From contig NC_043013.1 of assembly GCF_006345805.1 (NCBI RefSeq), forward strand, positions 51,832,001 through 51,896,000: a stretch of DNA of 64,000 bases. The letters run 5' to 3'. How positions within the stretch are numbered: position 1 is the stretch's first letter; each line of letters begins with the position of its first letter. This stretch comes from Octopus sinensis (Eukaryota). The notes under the pieces are model-generated. The model was not told the origin of the DNA. It made no database searches and worked only from the letters and a program-made list of their open reading frames with translations. This document shows, in pieces, positions 36,395 through 48,840 of this stretch. Made by a program: the position numbers and the translations under genes.

Positions 36395-36660
36395 CATACA
36401 TACATACATACATGTGTGTGTGTGCGTGTGTGTGTATTGTGTATATAAATATTTCTGTGCTTGTGTTTACGTCTACGTTAACGTATGATATATTTGTGTG
36501 TAGGCATGGTTGTGTGGATAAGAAGTTCGTTTCGCAACCAGGCAGTTTCGAGTTCAATCTCGGCAATTTGGGCACGTGTCTGTTGTTATGATCCCAATCG
36601 ACAAAATGAATATGGTAAACGCAAAGTGCCTGAAAGTCCGACTTGTGTGTGTGTGTGTGT

Positions 36661-36703
<43 letters not shown>

Positions 36704-36974
36704 TGTGTGTGTGCGTGTCTGTGTGTGTGTGTCTTTGTATTTGTCTCTCGCGCTTGACAAACAGTGTTTGATCGCTATTAACATAGCGCTTTCGCAAATA
36801 AGGATCGCTGCAGTAAGAAGCGGACTTAAAATAGATACTGGGGTCGATTTCATTGATTAAAATATTCGAGACAGTGATCTAGATATGACTGCAGTTTAAA
36901 AACTGAAAATTTTACATTTAGGGACAAAATTATAGCAAAAGAATTAATTTGTTGCAGCCGCGATTTCATATATC

Positions 36975-37140
36975 GGATTAACGACCAACATGTTCAAAAG
37001 AGGAGTTCATCAACATCCACTTACGTTCAGAAACTAAAACAGAAAAGCTGGCACATCACAATTCCGCCAGTTTTAGAATCCAAAATTAGCCAACCCATTC
37101 TTTAATATAAAGTGGAAAATTCTTGCATTAAGAATAAAAA
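36975..37140 (+). mobile_element. Possible PLE GIY-YIG relic
   Basis: FKRGVHQHPLTFRN and FNIKWKIL resemble the FK.RY.NH..SF and Y.IKWKIL motifs. Short and degraded. Confidence 0.35.
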
Positions 37141-37454
37141 GTATGTTCAGCATTGCATCTCAGAATCTTTAGAAACTATATTCTCAAATTTTAACTATGT
37201 AGAACCAGTTTCACAGTAGTACCGACGAAGATTCTTTGAAGATCATCTGGCAGCGATGAATTCTAGAAAACCCCGAAGTCTTCAAGAACAGCCCATTCTT
37301 TTCTATTAATGCAATGTTACTACCTTAATATACAAAAGAGTCTACAGATTCGAAAGAGTTTTCTAAGATTGTGGCTTATTCACCCTCATTACTGGTAACA
37401 GATGTATTTAGCCTTGGGAGCTTTCATGAATACAAACAAATATCTTCTGCCACT

Positions 37455-38075
37455 GCATATATTACTATAATAAGCGTTATGTCCGTCTGTGTGTCCGTCT
37501 CCCTGTCTGTCTGTCTGTTTCCTTTTCACGGTCACGATGCTTTTCGGGATTACGAAGGAGGTAATCAGGAAGGTTTTTAGCGAAAAAAATGTGAAAAAGT
37601 ATGATTATTTAGTGGATATTGAGTTTTTGTATTAATAAATTACCTTTGATTATTTTTTTTTTGTTAAAATTCCGGCGACGAGGATTAACTCTGGATCCTC
37701 CGCCCCCTTATAGTTCGTGAATTTAGAGAGTTTAGATTTGCGATACTATCCCTTTGTTTCCCATCCAAGATGGGCAGATTTACTATCTTACTATAATGGG
37801 TGTTATGTCCGTCTGTCTGTCTCTTTGTTCCCTCTTCTCGACCAGACGGCTGGAGCAATGGTTATGATATTTTTCGGGATTGTAAAGACAGATGTCAGGA
37901 AAGTTTTTAGCATTAAAAATTCAGAAAGTAGGATTATTTCGTGGATATCAATTTTTGAATTGATAATCCACCTTCGCTTTTTTATTAAAAATTCACCGTC
38001 CACGAGTAATTCTGAATTTTCATCGTATAGTTCGTGGCCCCATCGTAGATACGAAGGGGGTCGTGAGGATGGTTA
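37455..38075 (+). mobile_element. Two tandem related Helitron-like non-autonomous fragments
   Basis: Both start with TACTATAAT..GTTATGTCCGTCTGT(CTGT)n and share TTTTCGGGATT..AGGAA.GTTTTTAGC..GATTATTT. Confidence 0.5.
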
Positions 38076-38612
38076 ATAGTAAAAATAAAGTGGAAAAAGT
38101 GTGTGCGTCAGTACATTGTGTGTGATTATTTAGTGGTTGTTGGAGTGTGTCAATCTCAAGCAAGATTCGAAACGGCTAATCGAAGCGGCTGTTGTTTACA
38201 TCTCAGTTTTGTCAATCAAAATAACCCATGGTACCAGAACATCCAGACTTTATTCGCATAGAACAGCGGAGGTAAACCTAAAGATTCCACTCGCGCATTC
38301 ACAGCAAACAAAGCACAAGGCTAGACGTTAGATCGTGTTGGTGTGTTTTTACTCACTCCGATGTTTACACACGGCCAGTTATACGTCGCTATGAGTAGAG
38401 CAACGGACTCCAGTAATTTGAAAATTAGTGTCGACCAAACAGAAGATATTGTCTACAAAGAAGTTTTGTAATCATGATATTATCAAAAGGGATATGAATC
38501 ATAGTTTAAATAAGGAAATTTGTGAATTTTGAGTGTATAAGAGTATAAACAAGCATAAAATAGTGTGAACAACTAAAATAAAAGTATATCGGAATAACAT
38601 TTTTTTTCTTAA

Positions 38613-39205
38613 TGGCGGCGAAATGCTTAGCGGTATTTCGTCTGCCGCTACGTTATGAGTTCAAATTCCGCCGAGATCGACTTTGCCTTTCATCCTTTCG
38701 GAGTCGATTAAATAAGTACCAGTTACGCACTGGGGTCGATATAATCGATTTAATCCATTTCTCTGTCCTTGTTTGTCCTCTCTGTGTTTAGCCCCTTGTG
38801 GGTAGTAAAGAAATAGGTATTTCCTCTGCCGTTACGTTCTGAGTTCAAATTCCGCCGCGGTCGACTTTGCCTTTCATCCTTTCTGGGTCGATAAATTAAG
38901 TACCAGTTACGCACTGGGGTCGCTGTAATCGACTTAATCCCTTTGTCTGTCCTTGTTTGTCCCCTCTATGTTTAGCCCCCTGTGGGCAATAAAGAAATAA
39001 ATATATACTGAAATTTTCAAGGCGAAATGCTTAGCAGTATTTCGTCTGTCTTTTCGTTCTGAGTTCAAATTCCACCGAGGTCGACTTTGCCTTTCATCCT
39101 TTCAGGGTCGATCAATTAAGTACTAGTTGCGTACTGGGGTCGATCTAATCGACTGGCCCCACTCCCCCAAAATGTTGGGCCTTGTGCCTAGAGTAGAAAA
39201 GAATA
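38613..39205 (+). mobile_element. Head-to-tail trimer of SINE A
   Basis: Three consecutive B-box plus central-domain units. The unit 1-2 junction is AAAGAAATAGGTATTTC at about 38807-38823. Confidence 0.9.
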
Positions 39206-40161
39206 TTTTTTTCTTAATACTTTTTGTGTAGTAGTTGCAGGAAGCTCTGGCCTTCACTAGGAGTAGTCCACATAACCATTCATGATACAGAGGCGGGAAG
39301 CCTATTGAAGTTCGGGAGGGAATCGTCATCACATGTCACTTAGTTGTAAACACATGTCGTATAGTTGCAACAGAATGCTGTATCACCAACAATAATGTGA
39401 TTTCTCTAAGACATCACCCAGTAATCCAACAAGCCTATTTACACTTTTCTCAATGCAGACTGCTGTTATAACTTCCCTCCCTCATTTTATGCCTCCATCG
39501 TAGATGGGTAGATTTGCTGGTAAATGTAATTGTATGTAAACAGATAGAGACATAGGTGCGTGAGGGCGTGTGTGGTTGAGAAACTTCCTTCCCAACTGTG
39601 TGATCTTCAGTTCAATGTCATTGAACGGCACCTTATGTGTCTTCTATCATGGCCCCTGGTCGACCAATGAGTATATTTGTTAAACGAAAACTGTGCAAAT
39701 ATGTCGTATACATTTATGTATGTGAATATGTGCATACGTGTGTGTGTGTGTGTGCGTGCCTGTGGACCTTTGTGTTTGTGTCGTGTCTCGGCCATCGCTT
39801 GACAATCGATGATCGAATAAGTACCAGACATACAAATAAACAATGGGTTCAATTTGTTCGCCTAAATCCTTCAAAGTGATGTCCCAACATGGCCGCAGTC
39901 CAATGACAAAAACGAGTGAAAGATAAAAGATAAACAAAACAGACACCCCATCATCAGCTGCTCAATTTGAAATCATTATGGTTTCGACACCAATGTATGT
40001 ATGAATGTATAAATATATTATAAATAAAACACGTGTAAGACATATTTGCCATTCAACGACGTACAGAAACTGCTAATTTTGCTTAAACATTTATTATTTG
40101 GTGTCAAAATTGTCGTCGCACCAACAGCAACCTGGCCACTGCCACGATCTCACTAATATAA

Positions 40162-40248
<87 letters not shown>

Positions 40249-40254
40249 GTAATA

Positions 40255-40549
40255 TGTGACAATTATTCGGTTGCCATTATAAAATTCCGAGTTTCGGATG
40301 TCGAGGCGGAAATCTACTCCGGCATCTCTTCAGTTATCAAGGCAATAATAAAAATGCTATGAAAATGACCGTTAAACAAAGAGAAATTACTATGTAATTG
40401 ACCGTTATTAAGACATAATAATTTCTCTTTGTTTAACGGTCATTTTCATAGCATTTATTTTATTGTCTTGATAACTGACGATGTACCGGAGCAGATTTCC
40501 GCCCCGACATACGAAACTCGGGGTTTTATTATAGCAACCGAATAATTGT

Positions 40550-40553
<4 letters not shown>
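40255..40553. repeat. Imperfect palindrome (135-bp arms, 29-nt spacer) with a hammerhead-like core in each arm
   Basis: Arms 40255-40389 and 40419-40553 are reverse complements. CTGACGA..GAAAC is on the plus strand (40475-40517) and CTGAAGA..GAAAC on the minus strand. Confidence 0.9.
40469..40531 (+). ncRNA. Type-I hammerhead-like motif
   Basis: Stem I UGAUAA/UUAUUA (6 bp), core CUGACGA, long irregular stem II (GUA/UAC plus CGGA/UCCG), GAAAC-UCGGG-GUU^. Confidence 0.5.
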
Positions 40554-40615
<62 letters not shown>

Positions 40616-40969
40616 GAACTTAGAAACACCAAAAACATCACTGCCTTCTATTTGTTATTCAAATATTTCTCTTCGCCTTGGATAAATATTTTGCGTTCAA
40701 AATTTAGTTTGATATGCTGAGATGTAGACGTAGCGTTGTTCGGTAGGTAGATGAAGTTAGAAAGAAATGGTGGGGGCGTTTTCCTTGTTTTTGCTTGTTT
40801 TTTGTCTTTTCTTTTTTGTTGTTTAATATTGTTTTAGATGAAGTAAAAACGGTTTTCATTATTGTCTTAGCATGCAATGGTGCCAACGAACGAGACTGCA
40901 CGCCTCATCACAGATTTCACAGACTCACATTTTAATTATCTTTTTTGCCAACGTTTCTACCATATCTCT

Positions 40970-41670
40970 TTTAGACGTCGTCGTCGTCATCGTCGTCATC
41001 TTCGTCATTGTCACCTCCACCAACACCACACCTACCAACCACCACCACTACCACATCATCATCACCACCACCAGCATTATCATTGTCCCCCCACCTCTGT
41101 CATCATCATCATCATCATCGTCGCCGTCACTGCCTCCATTATTTCCGCCACCATTTAAGGCGGTGAGCTGGCAAAATCGTTACGACGCCGGACAACGTGC
41201 TTAACAGCATTTCATCCGTCTTTACGTTTCTGAGTTCGAATTCCGCCGAGTTGCATACTGAGGTCGATATATAATCGACATACCCACTACTCCAAAATTG
41301 CTGGCATTGTGTCAAAATTTGAAACCGTCGTCGTCATTGTTGTCATCACCATCATCACTACCATTTCTATCAACAACAACAACAACAACCCACCTATACC
41401 AATACCACTGCCATCATCATCATCATCACCACCATCGTTATCTGCTATTCCTTTTCTTCCAACCTTTCATTATTTTGTCTTCCGTTATAGTTACTGACTG
41501 GTGGTGGTGGTGGTCACGGTTTTGTTGTTGTTCGTGTTGTTATTGCTGCTGATGTGAAAGTAATGGTGATGATAATGATAGTAGTAGTAGAAGTAGTAGT
41601 AGTAGTAGTTGTTGTTGTAACAATGGTAGTAGTAGCAGTAGTGGTGGTGGTGGCAGTGGTGGTGATAGTG

Positions 41671-41703
<33 letters not shown>

Positions 41704-41705
41704 CA
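40970..41705. repeat. (CAT/CAC/GTA/GTT)n low-complexity field
   Basis: Directly visible. Confidence 0.9.
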
Positions 41706-42761
41706 TTGCTTGTTTGTTTTTTGGGGGGTTTTTTGGTGGGGTTTTGTTTTGTTCTTTCCCGCTACCCCGCTCCTACTTTCCACGGTTGATGCCTTCAGAA
41801 AATCGTCTTTCTAAAATAATAATTATGGTTCCGTGGTGAACCAACTCGAATTTCTTCAGAAACGTTCAGAGATACCCCCCTCACCTTCCCCCTCCCACCC
41901 TCACTCACCCCCACCCTACCTCTCCATCCCCGTCTTCCTCCTGCCACAATATTAAACAACCTACCACCAACACCCACCCACGCACCCACCTCAACCGCCC
42001 TTGCCGAAGATAACTTCCGTTCTCTCTCCTTTGTTGATTTTGTTATTGTTGTTGTTTTCCTGACGTTATTGTTCTTTCGCTTGTTGTTGTTGTTGATGTT
42101 ATTTATTATCCCTAAGATGCGTTAGTCATGTTCCGTGTGTTGCAATCACTTCGATGCCTTTGTTTTTGTTGTTGTTGTTAATGATGATGATTGTTATGAT
42201 GGTTATAATGATAGTGGTGGTGGCGGTGGTAGGGGTGAGGGGTTTGTTAATGTGGTAAAGTGATGCTGATGATGAGATTGGGGATGGAGGAATGGCGACC
42301 GTAACGCTTATAGTATTAGCAGCAGCAACAGCTCAACGATTTTGTATAATACGCAGGATATTCATGACGGGACTAGATTTGGTTATAGGTTTTTTTCTGG
42401 ATCTGGACTGACTTAGTATTAAGCAACAACAATAACAACATAAATAGCAACAACTATCGTACATCTAATACAATATTGAGTGTAGTGCTTTTATATATTT
42501 ATCCAGAATCCCGCCGGACGCGGAGGAGAAAAAAATAGTAATTCAGTGAAGGAGAAGTAGTGAGAGTAATAGCCCTGACTGAGTGGGAGTGAGAGAAAAT
42601 AATAGCAATGAGAGAAGGGAAGGAATGATAGGTGAATAAGAAAGGAAGGGGGGAAAAAAATCAGTGTTTCAACTCCGTGTAAGTATATGTGTGTATGTGT
42701 GTGCGTGTAAAAGGGAAGTATTTGAATGTTTGTAAGTGTGGTTATTATATACCTTATTTTG

Positions 42762-43127
42762 TACCTTATTACAAAGAGGTAATTTTTTCAGTCGTGTTTG
42801 TTTGTTTGTCCATGGACAAGATATCTGAAGAACCACTGGATGGATTCGGATAAAACTCTCAGAGATGTTTGGCTTTGTGACTGGCACGAACTGATTCGAT
42901 TTTGGGATCGTTCCGGTACCTGAAAAAGATTCTGGATTATTTTTCCTGTTTTTGTTTTTTTTTTACTTAATTTTGAGAGCGGTCGGGTTCATTTTTAGTA
43001 TTCTCGTTTGTGAGAGCAGTCGAGTTTATTTCAGATATTCTTATTTTTAAAAATCATCTCTGGCTAATCGTTGAGAGGACGTTGGCTTTGCCTTGGTGGA
43101 TGTTTGCGCTCTCTGAGTGCTCTTGTT
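42762..43127 (+). mobile_element. Helentron/HINE-like non-autonomous element
   Basis: (GTTT)n, then GATATCT.AAGAACC.CTGGATGGATTCGGAT.AAACT, ending CCTTGG.GGA.GTTTGCGCTCTCTGAGTGCT. Recalled as typical Helentron-derived termini. Confidence 0.55.
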
Positions 43128-43384
43128 TATATATATAAAATACTACAATTAATCGTCATTGATAGCACGTGACCAGCTAGTCATTTGATAACTGTGCATT
43201 TCACTTTTTAGGCTATTCTGTAACTATAAAACACGTCATGTTTATTCCCAGAAGGCGCGGGTTCTGAAAATGTCGTGTGCATTCTGGATATTAGACACAG
43301 AGAGAAAGGAGAATATGGCAAGAAAAAGGGGACAAAAATATTACATACGATGTGATGTGGTACTCCGTCGGTAACGACGAGGAG

Positions 43385-43672
43385 GGGTCCAGTTGATCCG
43401 ATCAATGGAATAGCCTGCTTATAATAAGTGGTTGAACACTCCACAGACACGCGTACCCTTAACGTAGAATCTCTGGGAGATCCAGCGTGATACACAATGG
43501 GACAAGGTTGACTGTTTGAATTACAGGTACGACTCATTTTTGCCAGCTGAATGGACTGGAACAACGTGGAATAAAGTGTCTTGCACAAGAACAGAACGCG
43601 CCACCAGGAATGGAACTGACGTCCTTGCAATCGTGAGCCGAGTAACCTAACCACTGAGCCAGGCGCATTTCA
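43385..43672 (-). mobile_element. SINE family D (tRNA head; TTCACGTTGYTCCAGTCCAYTCAGCTGGCAAAAATGAGT domain)
   Basis: Related copies lie at about 49400-49712(-), 55313-55640(+), 56035-56310(-) and 61030-61365(-). Confidence 0.8.
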
Positions 43673-44469
43673 CATATGTTACAAGTACGTATATGTGGAG
43701 ACAATACACATACACACGGTCACGCGCGCGCTCACACACACCCCGCATTCATATATACATACATAAATACATACATACATACGTACAGACAGACAGACGG
43801 ACGTTCATTTCACGAGCGTGCTGTTCTGTTAATCCGATCAACTGGAACCGACGGAGTGTCAGTATGTGATAGCGAACTTCATCTGGGATGAAGTGTGTCT
43901 AAATGCAGGGTGTGTGATAATCTGGCGCCTGGCGAGTGAGCATAGGATAGTTTCGTATGTGTGTCTAATAATCGTTTCAAATTTTAGCACAAGGCCAGCA
44001 GGTTTGTGCGAGGAGCTAAGTCAATTTCATCGACCCCAATGCTGAATTGGTACTTATTTTATCGACCTCAGAAAGGATGAAGAGAAAAGTCCACCCCAGC
44101 GGCATTTGATCTCAGAACGTAAAGACGGACTAAATACCGCTAAACATTTTGTCCGGCATGCTAACGTTTCTGTTTGTTTCTGTGTTATAACGTAATATAT
44201 TTTTGTGCGCAATAATGTAGTATGTGCGTGTATGTGTGTTTGCTTGATAATGCAGTATGCAAATCTGATGAATAATGTGTTTATTTCGCAAATACAATAG
44301 TGCACTTAACTCTTTGATATAAGATATTCATCTTCATCATGTTGTCGCTGTTGTTGTTGATGTTGTTAATTTGCATAGGTGCATCTTATTGGCCATCGTA
44401 AAACCTCTCACACACGTCCACAGAAAAATAAAATCATAAACACAAATATTCAAACATAAAATCGATCTC

Positions 44470-44584
44470 ATGAAAATGTGTGTGTGTGGGGGGGGGCGTG
44501 TATATGAATGTATATATATATATATGCATATATTTCTATACACACATATATATATATACATATATATATGTGTATATACTTGTA

Positions 44585-44635
<51 letters not shown>

Positions 44636-44759
44636 GTGTATATATTTGTATATATACATGTATATATGAGAGAAAGAGAGGGAGATAGAGAAACAGATTG
44701 GGTACATGCTTAATATTTTGAATAACATATATATGCGTTTGTATATATCTATATCTATC

Positions 44760-44796
<37 letters not shown>

Positions 44797-46077
44797 ATAT
44801 ATATATCTATATATATATATATATATATAATATATATATATACATACGCAGACATACATAATACAAACATACAGACACACTTGTATATGCATGCATACAT
44901 AGATATTATGCGTATGAATCATATATACACAAACTCACGCATACATGTAGAAGTATGTATGAATTATGATTGTGTGTGTGTTTGCATGAATTAGTATGTA
45001 TGTATGTATGTATTGATGTGTGTATGTATGCATATACGTTCGTACATATTTACGTGTATGTGTGCATATATAGGTATGTATGGGTGCATGTGTATGTATG
45101 TTATTTATGTAACAAGTGTTTGTGTATGCATATATGTGTGTATGTATGTGTGTATGTATGTGAGTATGTATGTCGGTGAGTATGTATGAACGTGTGTGTG
45201 TGTGTATGCATACATGTATATATGTATGTATTGTATGTATACATGTATGTACATATGTATGAATGTATGTATGTATGTATGTATGTATATATGTGTGTAT
45301 ATATGTGTGTATATATGTAGGTGTGTATGTATGTTTTGTACGTATGTATGTATGTATGTATGTATGTATGTATATAGGTGTGTGCCTCTATGCATGAATG
45401 TGTGTGTAGCGTGCATGTATGTATGTATGTATGTATGTATGTATGTATGTATGTATGTTTATGTATGTATGTATGTATGTATGTATGTATGTTTATGTAT
45501 GTATGTATGTATGTATGTATGTATGTATGTATGTATGTATGTTTATGTATGTATGTGTGTATATGCGTGTTTATGTGTGTGTGACGATGTGACCCCAAGA
45601 AGAAAAACAACACCAGACCATATATTAGCGTTTAACACACATGTTAAAACACAATGAAATCTTATCCGCAAACAACAACAACAACAACAGTAACAATAAA
45701 TATAAAAAGAGTAATTTATAAAGAAGAGCACTTTCATAGTTGTTACGATCAATGTTGTTGTTGTTGTAGCTAACGTTGTTGTTATACTAATTATTGTTGT
45801 TGTAGCTCTTGTTGCTGTTTGCTCGATCTTTCTCACATTATTTGCTGTAATTGATCTTAATATGTTTTCGCCACCGCGCCACCGCACCACCGCGCCACCG
45901 CACCACCGCGCCGCCAACACCCTTTCCGCCATTTTTTTGTTGTTGTTGCTGTTGTTGTTTCGATGTTGTTGTTGACATTGTTGTTGTTGTTGTTGTCTAT
46001 TTCTCTTTCATCGTGTAACTTTCTTTGATTCAATTCTCTCCTTTCTCCAAACCGACACTCTCTTCCGATTGCTGCTG

Positions 46078-46122
<45 letters not shown>

Positions 46123-46617
46123 GTAGTAGTAGTAGTAGTAGTAGTAGTTAATGTTTGTAATGTTTGTATTTTCTTTCTCACACTAAACCTCACACACAAA
46201 AAACACACACGAACACACACACACACACAAACACAGACAGATACACAAACATACACACATATGCACTTACATTCACGTACATACACACACATATATGTAT
46301 ACGACCTCCGATTTGGTACTTGCGCAAATAAGTATTTATATATACATATACTTATATATGTATATTAGGTACACATGCACACACACACATACATACATAC
46401 ATATACTCTTTACTCTTTACTCTTTTACTTGTTTCAGTCATTTGACTGCGGCCATGCTGGAGCACCGCCTTTAGTCGAGCAAATCGACCCCGGGACTTAT
46501 TCTTTGTAAGCCCAGTACTTATTCTATCGGTCTCTTTTGCCGAACCGCTAAGTGACGGGGACGTAAACACACCAGCATCGGTTGTCAAGCAATGCTAGGG
46601 GGACAAAGACAGACACA

Positions 46618-46685
<68 letters not shown>

Positions 46686-46964
46686 CATATATACGACAGG
46701 CTTCTTTCAGTTTCCGTCTACCAAATTCACTCACAAGGCATTGGTCGGCCCGGGGCTATAGCAGAAGACACTTGCCCAAGATGCCACGCAGTGGGACTGA
46801 ACCCGGAACCATGTGGTTGGTTAGCAAGCTACTTACCACACAGCCACTCCTATATATATATATATACTTACATACACACAGAAAAAGCGAGAGAGGCAGG
46901 TATTGATATGCATATAGATATACATATATATATATACATATATATATATATATTATATATATAT

Positions 46965-47014
<50 letters not shown>

Positions 47015-47099
47015 TATAATATATATATATATTATATATATATATATATAATATATATACATATATATATACATATATACATATATATATATAATATAC

Positions 47100-47183
<84 letters not shown>

Positions 47184-47397
47184 ACATATTATATATATAT
47201 ATATATATATAATATTATATAATATATATATATATATATACATACATACATATCTGACATAGGTCAGGTGCTGGTAAGCCAGCTGGTAAAGATGTTTTCC
47301 TTGGGCTAAAAAGTAGTAACATAGTCCTGCGTAGGACTGCCTCATTGTGGTAGCAAATAGACTTTACTATATATGTATGTGTGTATGTGTGTGTGTG

Positions 47398-47428
<31 letters not shown>

Positions 47429-47465
47429 AAGAAAGAGTGAGAGAGAAAGAGATTAAAACATGCAC

Positions 47466-47510
<45 letters not shown>

Positions 47511-47620
47511 TGTGTATATACATCTGTATATATATATATTTGTGTGTGTGTGTGTGTATGTATACATGCATACACATACATACTTGCATATTTCTGCGCG
47601 CCCGCGCATGTATGTGTATA
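44470..47620. repeat. Large (TA)n, (TATG)n, (TATC)n, (CTA)n and (GA)n microsatellite field containing one SINE B
   Basis: Directly visible. Confidence 0.95.
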
Positions 47621-47877
47621 CAAGCTTGGCAAGTCACATGATCTAAGGCCCGTGTTTAAACCTGGATCAATTACATCGTAAAACAGTCATTGTTAATCAC
47701 TTAAAAACACCCTAAAGCTGTTTTATTCTAGGTTTATTGTCTAAATGGTTACGGTCTATTATGACGCGGAAAGAAGTTTCGTCAAGCCAGCATAGAGTGA
47801 AACAGTTTGATAGGTCAGAATGCGCTGTGACATTGAAGAATAAACAGAAACTATATGAGATAAATACTTCTACAGTC

Positions 47878-47916
<39 letters not shown>

Positions 47917-47937
47917 TGATGATGGTGATGATGATGG

Positions 47938-47981
<44 letters not shown>

Positions 47982-48004
47982 CTGCTGATGATGATGATGA
48001 TAGA

Positions 48005-48840
48005 AATTAGAAACAGAAAGGTTTATCATAGCAGCCCAAGATCAATGCTTACCTACAAGAAACTAACAAGCCAACTTATTAAAGAACGGCAGCTGCCCAA
48101 CACGTCGTGTATGTCAACCATTGGTCATGTTGTCTCCATGTGCAGTCTTCTTGCGCCTACAGAGTATCTCAACAGGCATGCTAGAGCAGCACAATATATT
48201 CACTGGGTAATTTACAAAGCCTGGACCTGCCCCTAGATAAAAACTGGTGGGAACACAAACCACCTCCAGTGCTTGAAAATGATCGCATCTCACTTCTCTG
48301 GAACTTCACTGTTCAAACTGATAGAAAGATAGATGCGAATAGGCCTGACATAATATTGAAAAACTACAGACAAAAATCATATCTCCTCATTGATATGACT
48401 GTCCCAATCGATATAAATGTATCTGTCAAGACCTACCAAAAACTGAGCAAGTATAAAGATCTTGAAAGAGAAATTGGCAAAATGTGGAACCTGAATATTA
48501 AAACATTGGTGCCCTAAGAATGATAGCAAAAGAGGCTGGTTGCTGCCTAGCTCAGATACCAGGAAACCCCCAAATGGCAGAAATTCAAAAGATAGTGCTC
48601 ATGGGAACTGCCCATATCTTACGTAAAATACTGTCTATATAATCTCAAATTTTAAAACAAACTTATAATTTTCTTACGGTTTCTTAAACATTCTCTAGAA
48701 CAAAACTATGTACAAAACCAAATATATGGCACCCTAGGCATAATACCAACATGAACTTCTATCTTGTTGTCTCGTGAGGTCTCTGGGTGAGACTTGGAGC
48801 CAACTTGTACAAATACGAAGCAAAATTCAAACTAATAATA
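48005..48840 (+). mobile_element. Dong/R4-type LINE 3' fragment (CCHC finger relic, RLE domain, 3' UTR) flanked by (AAT)n
   Basis: TIGHVVSMCSLLAPTEYLNRHARAAQYIHW..LENDRISLLWNFTVQTDRKIDANRPDIIL..LLIDMTVP..KLSKYKDLE..MWNL..IQKIVLMGTAHILRKIL. Confidence 0.92.

Noticed and set aside
38613-39205. CRISPR-like or regularly spaced repeat array
   Set aside because: These are tandem SINE units in eukaryotic DNA, with no short repeat/unique spacer structure and no cas genes.
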